Source: Vicugna vicugna
Lineage: Eukaryota
Direction: 5' to 3'
DNA: 64,000 nt
NCBI GenBank assembly: GCA_013265495.1
Contig: MU057991.1
Location: 1-64,000 of the forward strand
The notes below the pieces were generated by a model. The model saw only the letters and a program-made list of their open reading frames with translations, made no database searches and was not told the DNA's origin. Position numbers and translations under genes: made by a program. Every line of letters starts with the position of its first letter. Positions within the stretch are counted from its first letter, which is position 1. Positions 1 through 13,691 of the stretch are shown here, in pieces.

Positions 1-1466
1 CCTAGTCTTTTGAGGAATCTCCACACTGTTTTCCATAATGGCTGCTGTGTGAGTTTACATTTATTTCTCTGGGGGAAAGTTTAAAGTGGGCATCTGAAAA
101 AAACGCAGAAGGATTTGCCTGTGTGTGTTAGACTGTGTTACCGGTTGGGTTACCAGGAGGAAACCCATTCAACTGATGTAAACTTTGAGGACGTGTATTC
201 CTTCCTCTGGTAAGAAGTCCCGCGTGGTTGGGGCCCCCTCAGGGTCAGTTCACGCGGCGGCTCTGTGCTGTCCTCGGGGCCTTTCTGCTTTGTCATTCGG
301 CCGCGACTTGGGGCTGCTTCTGTCCTTGTGGTCGCGTCGTGGGTGGGGGTAGTTGGTTCTGTGCGAGATGCAGATAAGCCAGCTTCCCACGCGTCTGTTA
401 AGACATCGATGTGTTTGTTCTGTTCCGGCCGAGCGGTGCTGCTTGGCTCCCCCAGCCCCAGGTTTCCCCGGTGAGAAACACATTTTGGACGAGGATGGTG
501 TTAGATGGGTCCTTAGGGATCAGCATTGTGGAATCAAAAATCAGCCCAGTGATTCAGGTGTAAACACACACAGAGACCTTCTTGCTGAGATGTGGGGTTT
601 TGTAACTGTTTTTTTTGAAACATCTTACACTGGAGTATTTTTCAGACTCTCCAACATTCTTTACTTTTTCTGACTTAAAAGATGATGGGGGTGATGCGGT
701 AGCTGGCACTTCCTGCGTGTTTATTCTGTGCCAAACACTATCCAAATAAAAAAATTTGGGTCTTTCGAATTTTCTTTTCTTTTTTCCGAGTTTACTGAGA
801 TCTAGTGGACAAGTTAAAATTTTACGTACATTTAAGGTGTATAATGTGATGGTCTGATATATATGTACATTGTGAAGTGATTGACACAGCCAAGCTAATT
901 AACATCCCCGCATACAGTTACCTTTTGTACGTGTGTACTGAGAACAAGTGTCTTGGCAAATTAATGGTTTTATTAATTGCAGTCACCATGCTGTGCTTTA
1001 GATCTCCAGAACTTACTCCTCCTACATAACTGAACTCTTTTTTTTTACCATTTTTTATTGATTTATATAACTGAACTCTTGTACCCTTTAACCAACACCT
1101 CCCCATTTCCCCATCCACTCAGCTCTTTGGCAGACATCATTCTACCCTCTTTACGAGTTTGACTTTTTTAGATTCCATGTATACGTAAGATTGTGTAGTT
1201 TTTGTCTTTGTGAATCTGCCCTATTTCATTGAACGTAATGTCCTCCAGGGTCATCTGTGTTGTCCAGTGGCAGAATATGCTTTTTTATGGCTGAGTAATA
1301 TTCCACTATAAATATAATATTATATATTTTAAATAAATATATTTATGTTTATATATAAATAATGACTTGTATTTAAACACATGTTTATTTATGTAACTTT
1401 TATTTAAATAAGTAAATATAGTGTGTGTGTATATATATATATATGTATATACATCACATTTTCTTT

Positions 1467-1606
1467 TTTTTTATAATTTTTTTTTTGCGTTGGGGGGAGG
1501 TAATTAGGTTTATTTATTTATTTTCAGAGGAGGTACCGGGGATTGAACCCAGGACCTCACGCCTGCTAGGCAGGTGCTCTCCCACTTGAGCTGTACCCGC
1601 CCCCAC
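1467..1606 (-). mobile_element. tRNA-Ala-derived SINE (camelid Vic-1-like)
   Basis: Reverse complement shows a ggggcgggtacagctcaagtggg...gaggtcctgggttcaatcccc head with A/B boxes and an A-rich tail. TSD tacatcac(a/g)ttttcttt at 1450-1466 and 1607-1623. Confidence 0.9.
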
Positions 1607-2707
1607 TACATCACGTTTTCTTTATCCATTCATCCACTGACAGACACTTACATTGTTTTGTGATCTTAACTATTATGGAAAATGCTACAGTGAACATGAG
1701 GCTTCAGATATCTCTTCAAGATAGTGATTTTATTTCCTCTGGATTTGTACCCCGAAATGGGACCGTTGGACCTTGTGTTTGCTCTGTTCTTCATTTGTTG
1801 AGGAATCTCCACACTGTTTTCCATAGCGGCTGCACCAATTTACATTTCCCACTGATGGTTCCCTTTGCTCCACGTCCTTGCCGACCCTTGTTCTCGTGTG
1901 TTTCTGGTGATGCCCATTCTGACAGGTATGAGGTGATAACCTCATCGTGGTTTCAATTTACATTTCCCTGATAATTCGTGATGCTGGGTACCTTTCCCTG
2001 TGCCTGTTGGCCATTGTATGCCTTCTTCGGGAAAATGTGTATTCAGGTACTTTGCCAAATTTTTATTGTTGTTTTTGTTGTTGAATGGTTTAAGTTCCTT
2101 GTCTATTTTACATGTGAACCCCTTGCCAGATGTACGGTTTACAAATATGTCCTACCACTTTGTAGGCTGCCTTTTCCCCTTGTTGACTGTTCCCTTTGCT
2201 GTGCAGACGTCATTTAGTTAGATGTGGTCACACCTGTTAATTTGTGCTTTTGTTGCCTGTGTGTTTGGTGTCATATTAAAAAAATAATAATATGGGTAAG
2301 ACCTATGTTAAGGAGCTTTCCCCCTATGTTTTCTTTGGGAGTTTTATAGTTTTAGCTCTTAAAATTTAAGGCTTTAAACTTGGAATGCTTTGATCTGTTT
2401 GGAATTTTTTTTGTGAACTAACACGTGATCTATGTTGCAGGATGTTCTGTATGCACTTGAGAAGTATGTATGTTCTTCTACTGTTGGTGGAAAGTTCTGG
2501 ATATGTCCTTTAGGTCCATTTGTTGTGCAGTGTACTATGGCTGCTTCCTTCCTGACATTCTCCCTGGGTGATTGATCCATTTGAAAGTGGGATCTTGAAC
2601 TCTCCTAGTATTACTGTACTGCTGTCTATAATTCCTTTCAGACCTGTCAATATTTACTTTATATATTTAGATACTTTGATGTTGGGTGAATATTTATAAC
2701 TGTCTTG

Positions 2708-2911
2708 GCTTCCTGTTGAATTGACTTTTTATCATTATATAATGACCTTCTTGGTCTCTTTTGACAGTTTTGACTTAAGGTCAAGTTTGTCTGATATAAG
2801 AACAATGAATAGCTTCCTGTTGAATTGACCTTTTATCATTATATAATGACCTTTTTGGTCTCTTTTGACAGTTTTGACTTAAGGTCAATTTTGTCTGATA
2901 TAAGAACAATG
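2708..2911. repeat. Local tandem duplication, ~100-bp unit x2 (period 104) inside the L1 remnant
   Basis: gcttcctgttgaattgac...ctgatataagaacaatg occurs at 2708-2807 and 2812-2911 with few differences. Confidence 0.9.
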
Positions 2912-3500
2912 GAGCCTTGAACATTTTGGTGGATAGGGTGCCAACTGCCCACGCAGTTAAAAATCCACATGTAACTTTACAGTGAGCTCTCTGTATTCGT
3001 GATTCCACATCCATGAATTCAACCGTGGCTCGTGTAGTCCTTATTTAGTATGTATGTATTGAAAACAATACCAGTAAAAAAAAAAAAAGGGAGAAAGAAA
3101 AAAAAATGCCAAATGAACTTAAATATGAAATAGAAACAGACGAATAGACACAGAACACAAACTTGTGGTTGCCAGGGGGGAAGGGATGGGAAGGGACAGA
3201 CTGGGATTTCACAATTTGTAGATGCTGAGAGGCACATGCAGAACAGATAAACAAGATTATACTTTATAGCACAGGGAAGTATATACAAGATCTTGTGGCA
3301 GCTCACAGCGAAAAAGAATGTGACAATGAATATATGTATGTTCACGTATAACTGAAAACTTGTGCTCTACACTGGGATTTGACACAACATTGTAAACTGA
3401 CTAGAACTCAATAAAAAAAATTTTTCAAAAAGAAAGAAATGAAAGCAACACCAGTGTAGTATGTAAGTGGACTCGTGAAGTTCAAGCCTGTGTTGTTAAG
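2912..3500. mobile_element. Tigger2-like (TcMar) non-autonomous DNA transposon, split by an L1 insertion
   Basis: Left part gagccttgaacattt...gcagttaaaaatccacatgtaacttt and right part taagtggactcgtgaagttcaagcctgtgttgtt resemble the two Tigger2/MER8-type ends. Family name from memory. Confidence 0.6.
3076..3440 (+). mobile_element. 5'-truncated young L1 3' end
   Basis: Same 3'UTR as the other young copies (gcacagggaagtatatacaagatcttgtgg...ctcaataaaaaaaa). TSD gaaa(a/g)caa(t/c)accagt at 3061-3075 and 3441-3455. Confidence 0.85.
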
Positions 3501-5689
3501 CTTATAGACACCACATTCTCTTTTGGTTGCTGTTTGCATGGAATATCTTTTTCCATCTCTTTGAGCCTCTGTGTGCTTTTGAAGCTCGAGTCTCTCATGT
3601 GCAGCATACAGCTGGATCTTCTTTTTCCATTCATTCAGCCACTCTTTTTTTTTGATTGAAGAATTTAATCTAAATTTAAATTATTAATTATTAACAGGTA
3701 AGAACTTGCTCTTGCAATTTTGTTTATTATTTTCTGACTTTTTTTTTTATAGTTTCTTTGCTCCTTTCCTGCCTGCTTGCTTTCTTGCTTTGGGATTCGA
3801 TCATTTTTTGCAGTATTTCCTTTGAGTCAGTTCTCTTAAGCTTTCGTTCCTATGCTGTAGGCCTTAGCTTGGTGATTACCATGAGGTTTATATAAAACAG
3901 CTTACAGTTCTAACAGTCTAATTTAAGCCAGTCGCTTACCGTCAGCCGCACACAAGAAGTCCCCACAGCACATTGTATGCTATGGATGTCAAACTTCTTT
4001 TTGTATTTGTCTGTCCACTAACAAATCATCGCGGCCATAGCTGTTTGTAATATTTTGTGTCTAACTCGCATACTCGAGTTGAAAGTAATTTTCCCATCAG
4101 CCCTGCTGTATTAGAGTATTTTGAATTTGATTATGTGTCTACTGGTGAGTTTGATGCTTCCATCATGTCTTCGTGTTCCTCAATCAATAGCCTCCTTTCA
4201 TTTCAACTGGAAGAATTCCCTTTCGCATGTCTCGGAAGACAGGTCTAGTGGTGATGAGTCAGTCCCTCAGGTTTTGTTTATCTGAGAAAGTCTTTATCTC
4301 GTCATCATTTCGGCAAGAGCAGCTTTGCTGCGTGTAGAATTCTTCATTGGTCATCTTTTTCTCTCATCACTTTGAATATATCTTTGAATTATCCCAGTAT
4401 CTCCTGGCTTGTAAGTTTTATACACTCATAGAAATCCACTTACAGCCTTATAGGGGTTCCTCTAACTATAAATCTTTTTTCTCTCGCTGCTTTTAAAACT
4501 TCCGCCTTGCATTTGACTGTGGATAATTTAATTAACGAACTCCCTGCCCTTTTCTCTCTTCCCTCCTTCTCAGAGTCCCGTGGTACATCTTTTGGTTTGC
4601 TTGATGGCGTCTCATACGTCCCATAGGCTTTTTTTCACTCTTCCTCATTTTTGCCTTTTCACTCTCCCTGGATAATTTCAGATGACCCGTCTTTGAGTTC
4701 ATAGATTCTTCCTTCTGCTTGATCGCAGAGCGTTGAATGAATCTACTGGATTTTTCATTTTGTTCATTGTGTTCCTCAGCTCCAGCGTTTCTGTTTGCAT
4801 CTTGTGTGTGTGTGTGTGTGTGTGTGTGTGATTTCTTTTGGTTGGAATTCTCATCTCATTCACGTAGCATTATCCTGATTTTGTTGGATTACGTGTCTGT
4901 GTTCTCTTGCAGTTTGCAGAGCTCCCTTAAGACAATTATTTTGAGTTCGTCGTAGGGCGGAGTCATTGATTTCCAGTTCTTTGTGGTTGGTTTCTGTGGT
5001 GGCTCATGGTTGCCTGACTCATTGTGGTCCACGAAGCCTGGCATTGCTGTCTGTGCATTTGAAGGGGCAAACCCCTCCTCCTGTCTTAACAGGCTGATTT
5101 TAGGGGGAACCAAGACTGGTGGCGTTGCCTTTGCACCTGAATTTGAGCCGGGCTAGAGCCTGGTCACTCGGCTGCTATCAGGTCTACAGTTGTGTCCACC
5201 GTGGGCAGGCCCGTTACTGTCTGTCCCCTGGGCGACGGGGCTGCCTCCAAGCCTGTGGTTGGGCAGGGCTGCAGCCTGGTCACAGTGCCACTTCAGGGTC
5301 TGTGTTGGAGGTCCTGTTACCAGGGACGTGGGCACGAGGGGCCCCCCTGGCCCCTTGGCAGCTTGGCTCTGTGCAGGACCACGGCCAGGCTGGGCCAGAG
5401 CCAAGTCCACGGGGGACAGAGCTGCGTTGGGCCTGTAGCCAGGGCTGCCGTCAGCCAGCCTGCCTTCTCCAGGTCTTGATCTCGGGCTTCACTAGGGTTT
5501 TGCAGCTTCCTGCCTGAATCGAAAAGCTCCCACGAAGATACTGTTGCCTGTGGATGGATGCCAGTTTGTTCTTGGGGTGGGGGGCATGAGCTGGGGACCT
5601 CTTACTCTACATCACGCGGATATCCTGCCAAACACTGCTTTAGACACGTGGCGTTTCATCTCTAGCGCCCTTCTCTGAGCGTAGTGCTG

Positions 5690-5820
5690 TGTTGTGTCCA
5701 TTTTGCAGATGAACCAACTGAGGCACAGGAGATGGAGAAGCTTGCCCCAGACTTTCCAGCTAGAGCCAGGATGCTAACCTCATCAGACTGATTTCAGAGT
5801 CTGTGTCCTTAAATACTGTG
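5690..5820. mobile_element. MIR fragment
   Basis: ccattttgcagatgaaccaactgaggcacag...cttgcccca is the MIR core motif. Confidence 0.6.
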
Positions 5821-7132
5821 GTCCCCCTGCCCCAAATGTATATATTTATATAATAATAATAATAATATTTTCTTCTCTGGGGGTCTTGCCTGGCCTGGCC
5901 TGGAAGGAGGTCCTGCTGGATGGTTCACATTTAGGGCTTTCTGGTTCTTAAGAGTCTGAGAAACTCAGCCGTGTTACCCTAAGTGGTGCGACTTTATTGT
6001 AAATAGGATGTGGAAATGAGGAAGATGGGGAGTCCGGCTCATGGAATCCAGAAACGGATAAACCAGCTTAAGTTCAGGAAGGCAGCTCAGGAACTAGTGT
6101 GCCCCACTGGGTTGTCTCTGTGGCCTCTGTGTCACATCTTCTGCGGGGCAGCCCTGCCAGCGCCCCCCTCCCCCAGACCCCCACGTCACCAGCTCGGCTG
6201 CGCAGGTGGCAGGCAAGGCGGTGGCCTTCTGCCTCGTAACTGTGAGCGCATGGTGCCTGCACAGGCGGGGTGGGAGGCCCTGGGCAGACGTCCCCACTGG
6301 GCCATCGCCAAGCACGAGCTATTAGGAGAATCTGTTGGCAAACATCTTATAATACGTGTAAAAGAAAACAAGTGGGTGTTGGTTCGTAGACAGTTTGGCC
6401 TTATTTGTTAATTTATATTTGTGGACTCTGTTTTACTTGCACTCACTGAAGGAATTCTAGTGCAAGCCGTCTTTAAATCAGTAGGATTATAGTCCTTGAA
6501 AGGCCTCTCTAAGTAGAAATTATGTGAGTGAAATTTGGTCTCTTTTTAAAATTCATCATAAAGCATCATGCTCGCAGCCAAAGGCATACAGCTCCTGTGA
6601 AAGAAACTGGCCGCCGCTGTGCTTAATAAGGGGGCCTGGGGCCGGGGAGTAGGAGGGGAGCCCGGGGCTAAAGAGCTTTTGACAGGGGGACACTTAGGGA
6701 CAAGGCCACCCAGGACAACGCGCCAAACCACAATGTGCTGCGTGCCTTACCTGTGTCCCCACGGTAACCCTGTCACACGGTCACTCCGCTGTGGCTGAGA
6801 AGTTAGGTGATTTGTTACAGGTCACACGTGCAGTAAAAGGAGATGGGGGTTTTCTGTTTAGTTTTGACATGTGCGGAAACTGAGGCACTGAAGCTTGAAG
6901 ACTGTTGCAAGTCGGCATCCGTGAAGCCCCGTTATGCTTCGTGGGCTGGTGTCTGATGGGGGAGGGGGAGGGAGCAGCCGTGTGCCTGGTGGGGTGTGTG
7001 CCGACACGGGTCCCCGCCTTCCGTTCTGGCCCATGGTTTGCCGCTTTCTTTCAACTACTTCTCTGAAGTCTGCAGGCAGGCTGATAATTGAAAAAAAAAT
7101 TTTTTTAAAGACCTTTAAAAAGTGTATTTCTC

Positions 7133-7665
7133 CAATAGCCAAGATTTGGAAGCAACCTAAGTGTCCATCAACAGAGGACTGGATAAAGAAGCTGTGGTGT
7201 ATTTATACAATGGAATATTATTCAGCCATAAAAAAGAATACAATCACAACATTTGCAGCAACATGGATGGACCTGGAGAATGTCACTCTAAGTGAAGTAA
7301 GCCAGAAAGAGAAAGAAAAATACCATATGAGATCGCGTATATATGGAATCTAAAGAAAGAAAAAAAGAAGACACTAATGAACTCATCTACGAAACAGAAA
7401 CAGACTTGCAGACATAGTAAACAATCTTATGGTTACCCCAGGGGAAAAGGGGGTGGGAAGGGATAAATTGGGAGTTCAAGATTTGCAAATATTAACTGTT
7501 ATACATAAAAATAGGTAAACAACAAGTTTCTTCAGCACGGGAAACTATATTCAATATCTTGTAACCTTTAGCGAAAAAGAATATAAAAACAAATATACGT
7601 ATGTATGTGTATGACTGAAACGTGAAAGTTGACACATTGTAACTGACTATACTTCAGCTTAAAAT
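7133..7665 (+). mobile_element. L1 3' end (ORF2 C-terminus + 3'UTR)
   Basis: ORF 6934..7353 ends in IAKIWKQPKCPSTEDWIKKLWCIYTMEYYSAIKK...WMDLENVTLSEVSQ, the typical L1 ORF2 C-terminus, followed by the shared 3'UTR. Confidence 0.9.
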
Positions 7666-9435
7666 ACATGTATATATATTTCTCTGTGAAACTTGTTCCC
7701 GATGGGTTTGTCTTTGGCTTCCAAGCATGTTTTACTGTAGTGGTTTAGCGTGGAAACAGCACGTGTTGGTGAAGGTGACATCGCCTGCTCCTTCCCGCCT
7801 GCTCCTTCCCTTCCCGGCGCACGGCAGAGTTTCCCGGCCCCGTGGTTCTTCCTCCTGCGCCCCCTTCCCGCACCTCTCACGTACACCTTGGCTGCTGACG
7901 TCCTCCAGGCTTGGTTGAGGACCTCTTCCTCTTCTGATTCTCTGAACGATCCTGAGGGATCTCAGCCTCCTCTAAATCTTCCATCACGGTACTTATGCTG
8001 TCTCCCAAATCTATGCTTCTAGCCTGAGTTCCCTGCTGAGTGCCGGCCCCTGGGGATCCAGTGATGTAATAGGAATCTCTCAGGTCCTGTATCCGAAAGA
8101 GAGCCCATCCGTGGATTTTTATCTCAGTCGGCGGGCCCTGCCACGCACCCGGCACGCTGCCCCGGAGACCTGGACCATTCCAGCCCCACCCTCCGTGCGG
8201 TCTCTGCCGTCCCCAGTCCTGCGACTCGCCCTCCTCCCAGGTCCCAGAACTCACCTCTCTCAGGCCTCCATCTGGCTTGCCTGCCGCAGTCCAGGCCCTT
8301 CTCCCTGTGGAGGACCCTCCTCCTTCTGCCTGTATGATCGTTTGAAACCCTAATCCAGCCTGTCACTTCCTTACTGGCAATCCACAAGTGGCCCTGAAAT
8401 TCCGCCCCACCTTAGCTTAGTTGATGGCTCCCGTTGGCACCTGTCCATTCCTTAGGGAGTGCGTGGTGGTGTGGCCGTGCTGCCCCTTGGCTGTCTGGCT
8501 CCACGCCCTTGCCCGAACCAGCTGCTCTGTCCAGGAGTGAGGGAGCAGACATCACACATTTTTAAGTGTGTTTTATCGTAGGAGAATTAACTGATCATTG
8601 TACAAGTTTCAGAGCCTGTCTCGTCAGCAGTAAGCAGGTGAGGAAGGGAGGGCCTGTGAGTGGCAAGTTCTCTCTGCCTCTCCTCTTTGTCGGGGATCAC
8701 AGCCCCGGATAAGCTTTCACAATTTGGAAATCACAAAGGGTGGGAGGGAAAGAGATCCAAGATTGCAAATTTGGAACAGGGTACATTGCTAAGCTGCAAC
8801 CAGGACGTGCAGTCTTTCTCAGTGGCACCCACTGATTTGTGCAGTGCGCCACCCGTGAGACTGAACAGGGCAGACCTGGGAGCCGTCCTGTTGTGAGGAC
8901 GGAAATGATGGCTGACTGTGATGCCACAGGAGGAGAGTGAGTGAACGTGTGTGTGCACGCATACATGTGTATACGGGGTGTGTGTTGAGGATGGAGGAGA
9001 GGGAACACAGTGGAATCAAAAGTAGGGGGGCCTTCTTACATGGTGATGCGTGACAAGTAGGCATGGTGTGTGGGGGGTGGGGCTGGGGTTGAAGACACGG
9101 AATGGGGGCACCCGGCAGGCTTGAGGGCCATATTTACTTCTGACCCCCAGTTTGTCTTATTGGTTTTGGTAAAGGAAATATTTAAAGAAAAACCAAAATA
9201 TTTTGGCCTAGGTTTATAATCAAAATTTTATTCGTCTTGCAGCAAATGAATTGGCACATGCAGCCAAACCTAGTAACTTTGTCTCAGGGTCTGTGTTGTA
9301 GGTAAACAGCCCATTTCCCCAGGCTCATCTTTCCCTCCCTTTGAAAGCGGGCCTCTTAACAAAGATTGTTCACTGATGCGGATTCCATCAGCCTGCCCTG
9401 ACTCCTCGTCATACGCGGTGCAGGAGGAGAAATAA

Positions 9436-9646
9436 CAGGATAACTTGGGAATCTGAGATTTGCAGATACTAACTACTACATATAAAATAGATCAACAAGT
9501 TTCTACTGTACAGCACGGGGAACTATATTCAATGAAAAAAGTATGAAAAGAATTATATGTATGTTCATGTATGACTGAAGCACTGTGCTGTGCACCAGAA
9601 ATGGACACAGCATTGTAAACTGACTGTACTTCAATAAAAAAATAAA
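9436..9646 (+). mobile_element. L1 3'UTR fragment followed by (CA)n
   Basis: gagatttgcagatactaactac...gactgaagcactgtgctgtgcaccagaa...caataaaaaa, shared with the other young L1 ends. Confidence 0.8.
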
Positions 9647-9811
9647 GTATATGTTTTACACACACACACACACACACACAGAATATATCCCCGTTAAATT
9701 CTGTGAGGGGGTGGAACTAAGTAGGGGCATTAAAAACTTCCCCCCCAAAAAAAGTAAAATGAAAAAGAAACTTTCCCCCAAACCTCTCCTTTTTGCAAAA
9801 AAAAAATTCTT

Positions 9812-10447
9812 TTTAACATTTTTATTATTGAGTTATAGTTATTTTTCAATGTTGTGTCAAATTCCAGTGTAGAGCACAATTTTTCAGTCATACATGAACA
9901 TGCATATATTCATTGTCACATTTTTTCTCTGTGAGCTACCACAAGATCTTGTATATATTTTCCTGTGCTATGCAGTATAATCTTGTTTATCTAGTCTACA
10001 TTTTGAAATCCCAGTCTGTCCCTTCCCACCCCTGACCCCCATGGCAACCACAAGTTTATCTTCTATGTCTATGAGTCTGTTTCTGTCCTATATTTATTTT
10101 TTGGGGGTTTTTTTTTAGATTCCGCGTATGAGCGACCGCATATGGTATTTTTCTTTCTCTTTCTGGCTGACTTCACTTAGAAGACATTCACCAGGGACAT
10201 CTGTGTTGCTGCAAATGGCGTTATGTTGTCATTTTTAGTGGCTGAGTAGTATTCCATTGTATAAATATACCGCATCTTCTTTATCCAGTCATCTGTGGAT
10301 GGACATTCAGGCTGTCTCCATGTCTTGGCTGTTGTAAATAGGGCTGCTATGAACATTGGGGTTCAGGTGTCATCCTGAAGTAGGGTTCCTTCTGGATATA
10401 TGCCCAGGAGTGGGATTCCTGGGTCATATGGTAAGTCTATTCCTAGT
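9812..10447 (-). mobile_element. 5'-truncated young L1 3' end
   Basis: Reverse complement of the shared 3'UTR and ORF2 tail. Flanked by a caaaaaaaaaa(aa)ttctt TSD at ~9796-9811 and ~10448-10465. Confidence 0.88.
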
Positions 10448-11239
10448 CAAAAAAAAAAAATTCTTGAATCCAAAATTTAAAAATAGCCGACACAATAGAT
10501 GAATTATGGTTCCTTTCTAGCAATGCTTCCTGGCAGTGTTAACGTGCACTGGCAACAAGGTTATGAGATGTAATTAACTCCTGGGCCTACACAGTCACTC
10601 CCTGAATGTTTCCAAGCTTAATACATTTTAGAAAGAGTGACAGTTGTAATTATGTTGTCAAGCATTTGTCGTTTTCTGCTGTAGCAACACCGCTGAAACC
10701 CAGACAGAGAGCTCCACCCGGACTTTGAAGGGTGCAAGGCATGGGTGTTGGTTGCACGTCTTTCCCAAAGTGTGTAAATGTTTATGAGCAGTGTGTAGAC
10801 AGCCCCGCGTAGACTTTTTCCTTTGGGTTCAAGGGTCCAGTCTGGGCGATCCTGTGTCTTGTCCCCCCAGTGTACTGTCACCTTTCTGACTTCAGCACAG
10901 GTGGCTCTCGGAGAGGTCCCCTGCTCCCCCGGCCGCCTTGTCACTTTCTTCCATGAGTGAGTTCCCCGTCAGCGACCTGGGAGATCAGACTCCTGCCTTA
11001 GGAGCGAGGTCGGGCTGCACGACCTGAGGTCTAACCCCCAGTTTTTGGAGGTGACGTAAATGGGGTAGGAAAAAGGGCAGCTTTGGAGCCAGGCAGACCT
11101 GAGTTTTAAGCCGGTTCCAGCCTTTCATTTTGGGGGTCATGTCACTTAGCTTTCCTGGACTTTATTTGTGACACCAGGGTCCCCAACCCGGCTCCCAGCG
11201 CTGGGCCTCCACCTCTCCATCCTTTGTTACCTGTTTAAT

Positions 11240-11325
11240 GGGGAGGGTACAGCTCAGTGACAGAGTGCATGCATGAGGTCCTGGGTTCAATCCCCAGTAC
11301 TGCTGTTAAAAATAAATAAATATAC
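11240..11325 (+). mobile_element. tRNA-Ala-derived SINE (Vic-1-like), internally shortened
   Basis: ggggagggtacagctcagtgacagagtgcatgcatgaggtcctgggttcaatcccc followed by an aaataaataaa tail. Confidence 0.85.
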
Positions 11326-13691
11326 CTCATTTTTTTAGAAAGCAAACACCCACTTTTGCCTTGTCTTCCTGCTTCAGCTTCCAGTCCCCCCCAGCCCCAA
11401 TTCGGTGCGTTTCTGTTTGCCCCCCTGCTGTACCAGAGAAGGAACTTGCCCCCTCCCCACTCAGGGTTGCTCGTAGGAAGAAGGAAAAAGATGTACCTTC
11501 TGTGATTTTCTGCACTTAGACTTCTCCTTGGATGGGAAGATTGACCTTTGAGATACGCTTCCGGAAGTTCTCAGAATCCGATTTGGCACTGAGCGCGCTG
11601 TGTGCTGTTTCAGCCCAGGAGGAAATCTGTGGGGAATTTGCCAACCAAGCAGGAATGTTCTGTGTTTTCACAGAAGAACCCAACCCCATTGCTTCTGCTG
11701 GGGCTGCTGCCTCCTCTGGGAACGCCCTCTCTCCCTGGCTTTCTGTTCTCATGTCAAACACGGCCCCCTCCAGAAAGCCTGCCCTGATCTCTCAAGCCAA
11801 AAGGAATCTCCGACTTCCAAACTTCATAGTTAAACCATTGCGATATTTATTACGAAAATAAAACGAATGCATTCTAATCATGGAGTAATTTTAAAGCAGA
11901 GAAATATGCAGAGGAACAAAACCATGCCCCTCCTAATTCACCAAGACAGGAGCCATTAACCTCGAATGACGTCTCCTTGCAGCTTTTGTTTTCTGCATTA
12001 TTCATACAGTGGTCACAGCATGCGTAAATTTTCGCATTCTTCTGTCATGAGCACTTGCATTCCATTAAAAATGAGCCCATAAACATGGCAGTGGCTCTGT
12101 AATATTTCGAGGTGGTTTTTGATGGAGTGAGTCATCCATTCTCCAGATGCTGGACATTCAGCTTGTTCCCCATTTTCCTAGGTTTTAAGGATCCTAAGAT
12201 CAGCCTCTTTGTGCATTTGGGATTTTTATTTTATTGCATTTTACTTGTTTTGGATTTTTTTTAAGGTAGATTTCTAAAAATGGAATAACCAGACAGACCA
12301 GAGCTGATTGACGGATTTAAGGGCATCTGCTATGTCTTACCAGCTTGACTTTCAGAAAGTTAATTTTTTTTTAAATCAAGTTTATTCTCCCTCCGGCGGC
12401 ATGTATGATTTCTGGGTCAAACGCTATGTTTGCTCATTTGGACAGAAGTAAGTTTTCCCCCCGTTACGAGACACAGAGGTTTAAAACACCAGCGCGTGCG
12501 TGCGGACACTGAAGGTGTCTTTCAGAGGCGGGCTGACCGTCCGCCCTGCGCCCAGGCTGTCGTGGCAGGTAGACTGGCCTGTTGGCTGATGTTGTTACCC
12601 CTTTGGTTCTGATGGCCGTGTTATGCAAGGTGAGGAATCTGGATTCCGCCTGGGGTCCTTGGACCAATGCTGTGCCCTCTCCCCAGCACGGGTGTTGTCT
12701 GGCGGCCCCCCTCGTTGTGCCCGACTGTTCTGGCCCCCGGACCCCCGGCACCTGGGCTCCGGGGGGCACCCTGGGGAGCGGCCCGGTCTTGATGTGGGCG
12801 ACCCAGGGGCTGCTCTCCTGGACAAGGCTCTCAGTCCCTGCAGTCACCCTGGTGGGAGTGGGTGGAAATGAGCCTTTTCCTGATTTGGGAGTCCCATTTT
12901 TTTTCTTTAGAAAGGATGAGAGTGCAGGCTTTTAAATACACAGATTTTTTTTTATATATATATATAAAGGGGATTTATTTTAGAATATTTCCACGCTCTC
13001 TCGTCTGGGAAGAGGGCAAAGTATTCTCCGTAGAGTTGGGTGTCTGTTCAGAACGTAGTTTTGGGGGCAAGGAAGTACCTCCTTTTGTTCGGTGCTCAGG
13101 GTAAGTGTCCAGTGCTCGGAGTGTCAGCCAGGGTAGCCCTGCCCCTCCGGGTCACCCTGGGGAAGGCGGTGGAGATGGGCAGGCTGTTTCCAAGGGTGGG
13201 AAAGAGGGGGAGAGCTCTGAGAACCCAGAGCCTGGTTCGGCCCCAGTTGCAAAAATGGTACCTGAGGGTCCCTTCCTTCCTCAGCCTTTGTCCAGACAAG
13301 TCACAGACTTGGGCCGAAACCGAGCCATGAGCCGCATGCATCCATCACCAAGTCTCCTGTCCCACGGGGTGTGCATGTCTGACCTGGGGTCACTTGCCCT
13401 AAGGGATGGGCGAATGGTGAAGGGCCCGGGGCCCTCCTGCCCCGTGACTGTCTATCTGAGCGGGCCTTTGCTCTAAGAGCCGGAGTGTGTTCAGTGCTTG
13501 GTAATGGTTTGTGATGAACTCGTCCTGGGTCCCTCATGAAACCTTTAGGTAATCTGGGGTCCATTTGGAGCACCAGGTCCCCAGCTGCCTGGACTGTCCA
13601 TTATCCGCTAGCAAACCTCTCAGAATTGTGTTCTCTTTGCTAGGCCGGACCCCCACGTGATCCTCGTCCAGTGCCTACGCCCCCCAACTTC

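Larger units (their letters stand above)
780..5620 (-). mobile_element. Old, internally deleted LINE-1 (L1M-type) remnant, interrupted by a SINE, a Tigger-like element and a younger L1 3' end
   Basis: Minus-strand 3'UTR-like sequence at ~780-1300 and ORF2 C-terminal sequence at ~1620-2370. Endonuclease-like peptide (HIQNFPPTVEEHTYFSSAYRTSCNIDHVL) in ORF 2374..2580. ORF1-like peptide (DELKIIVLRELCKLQENTD) in ORF 4889..5113. GC-rich 5'UTR-like part at ~5100-5620. Boundaries approximate. Confidence 0.75.
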
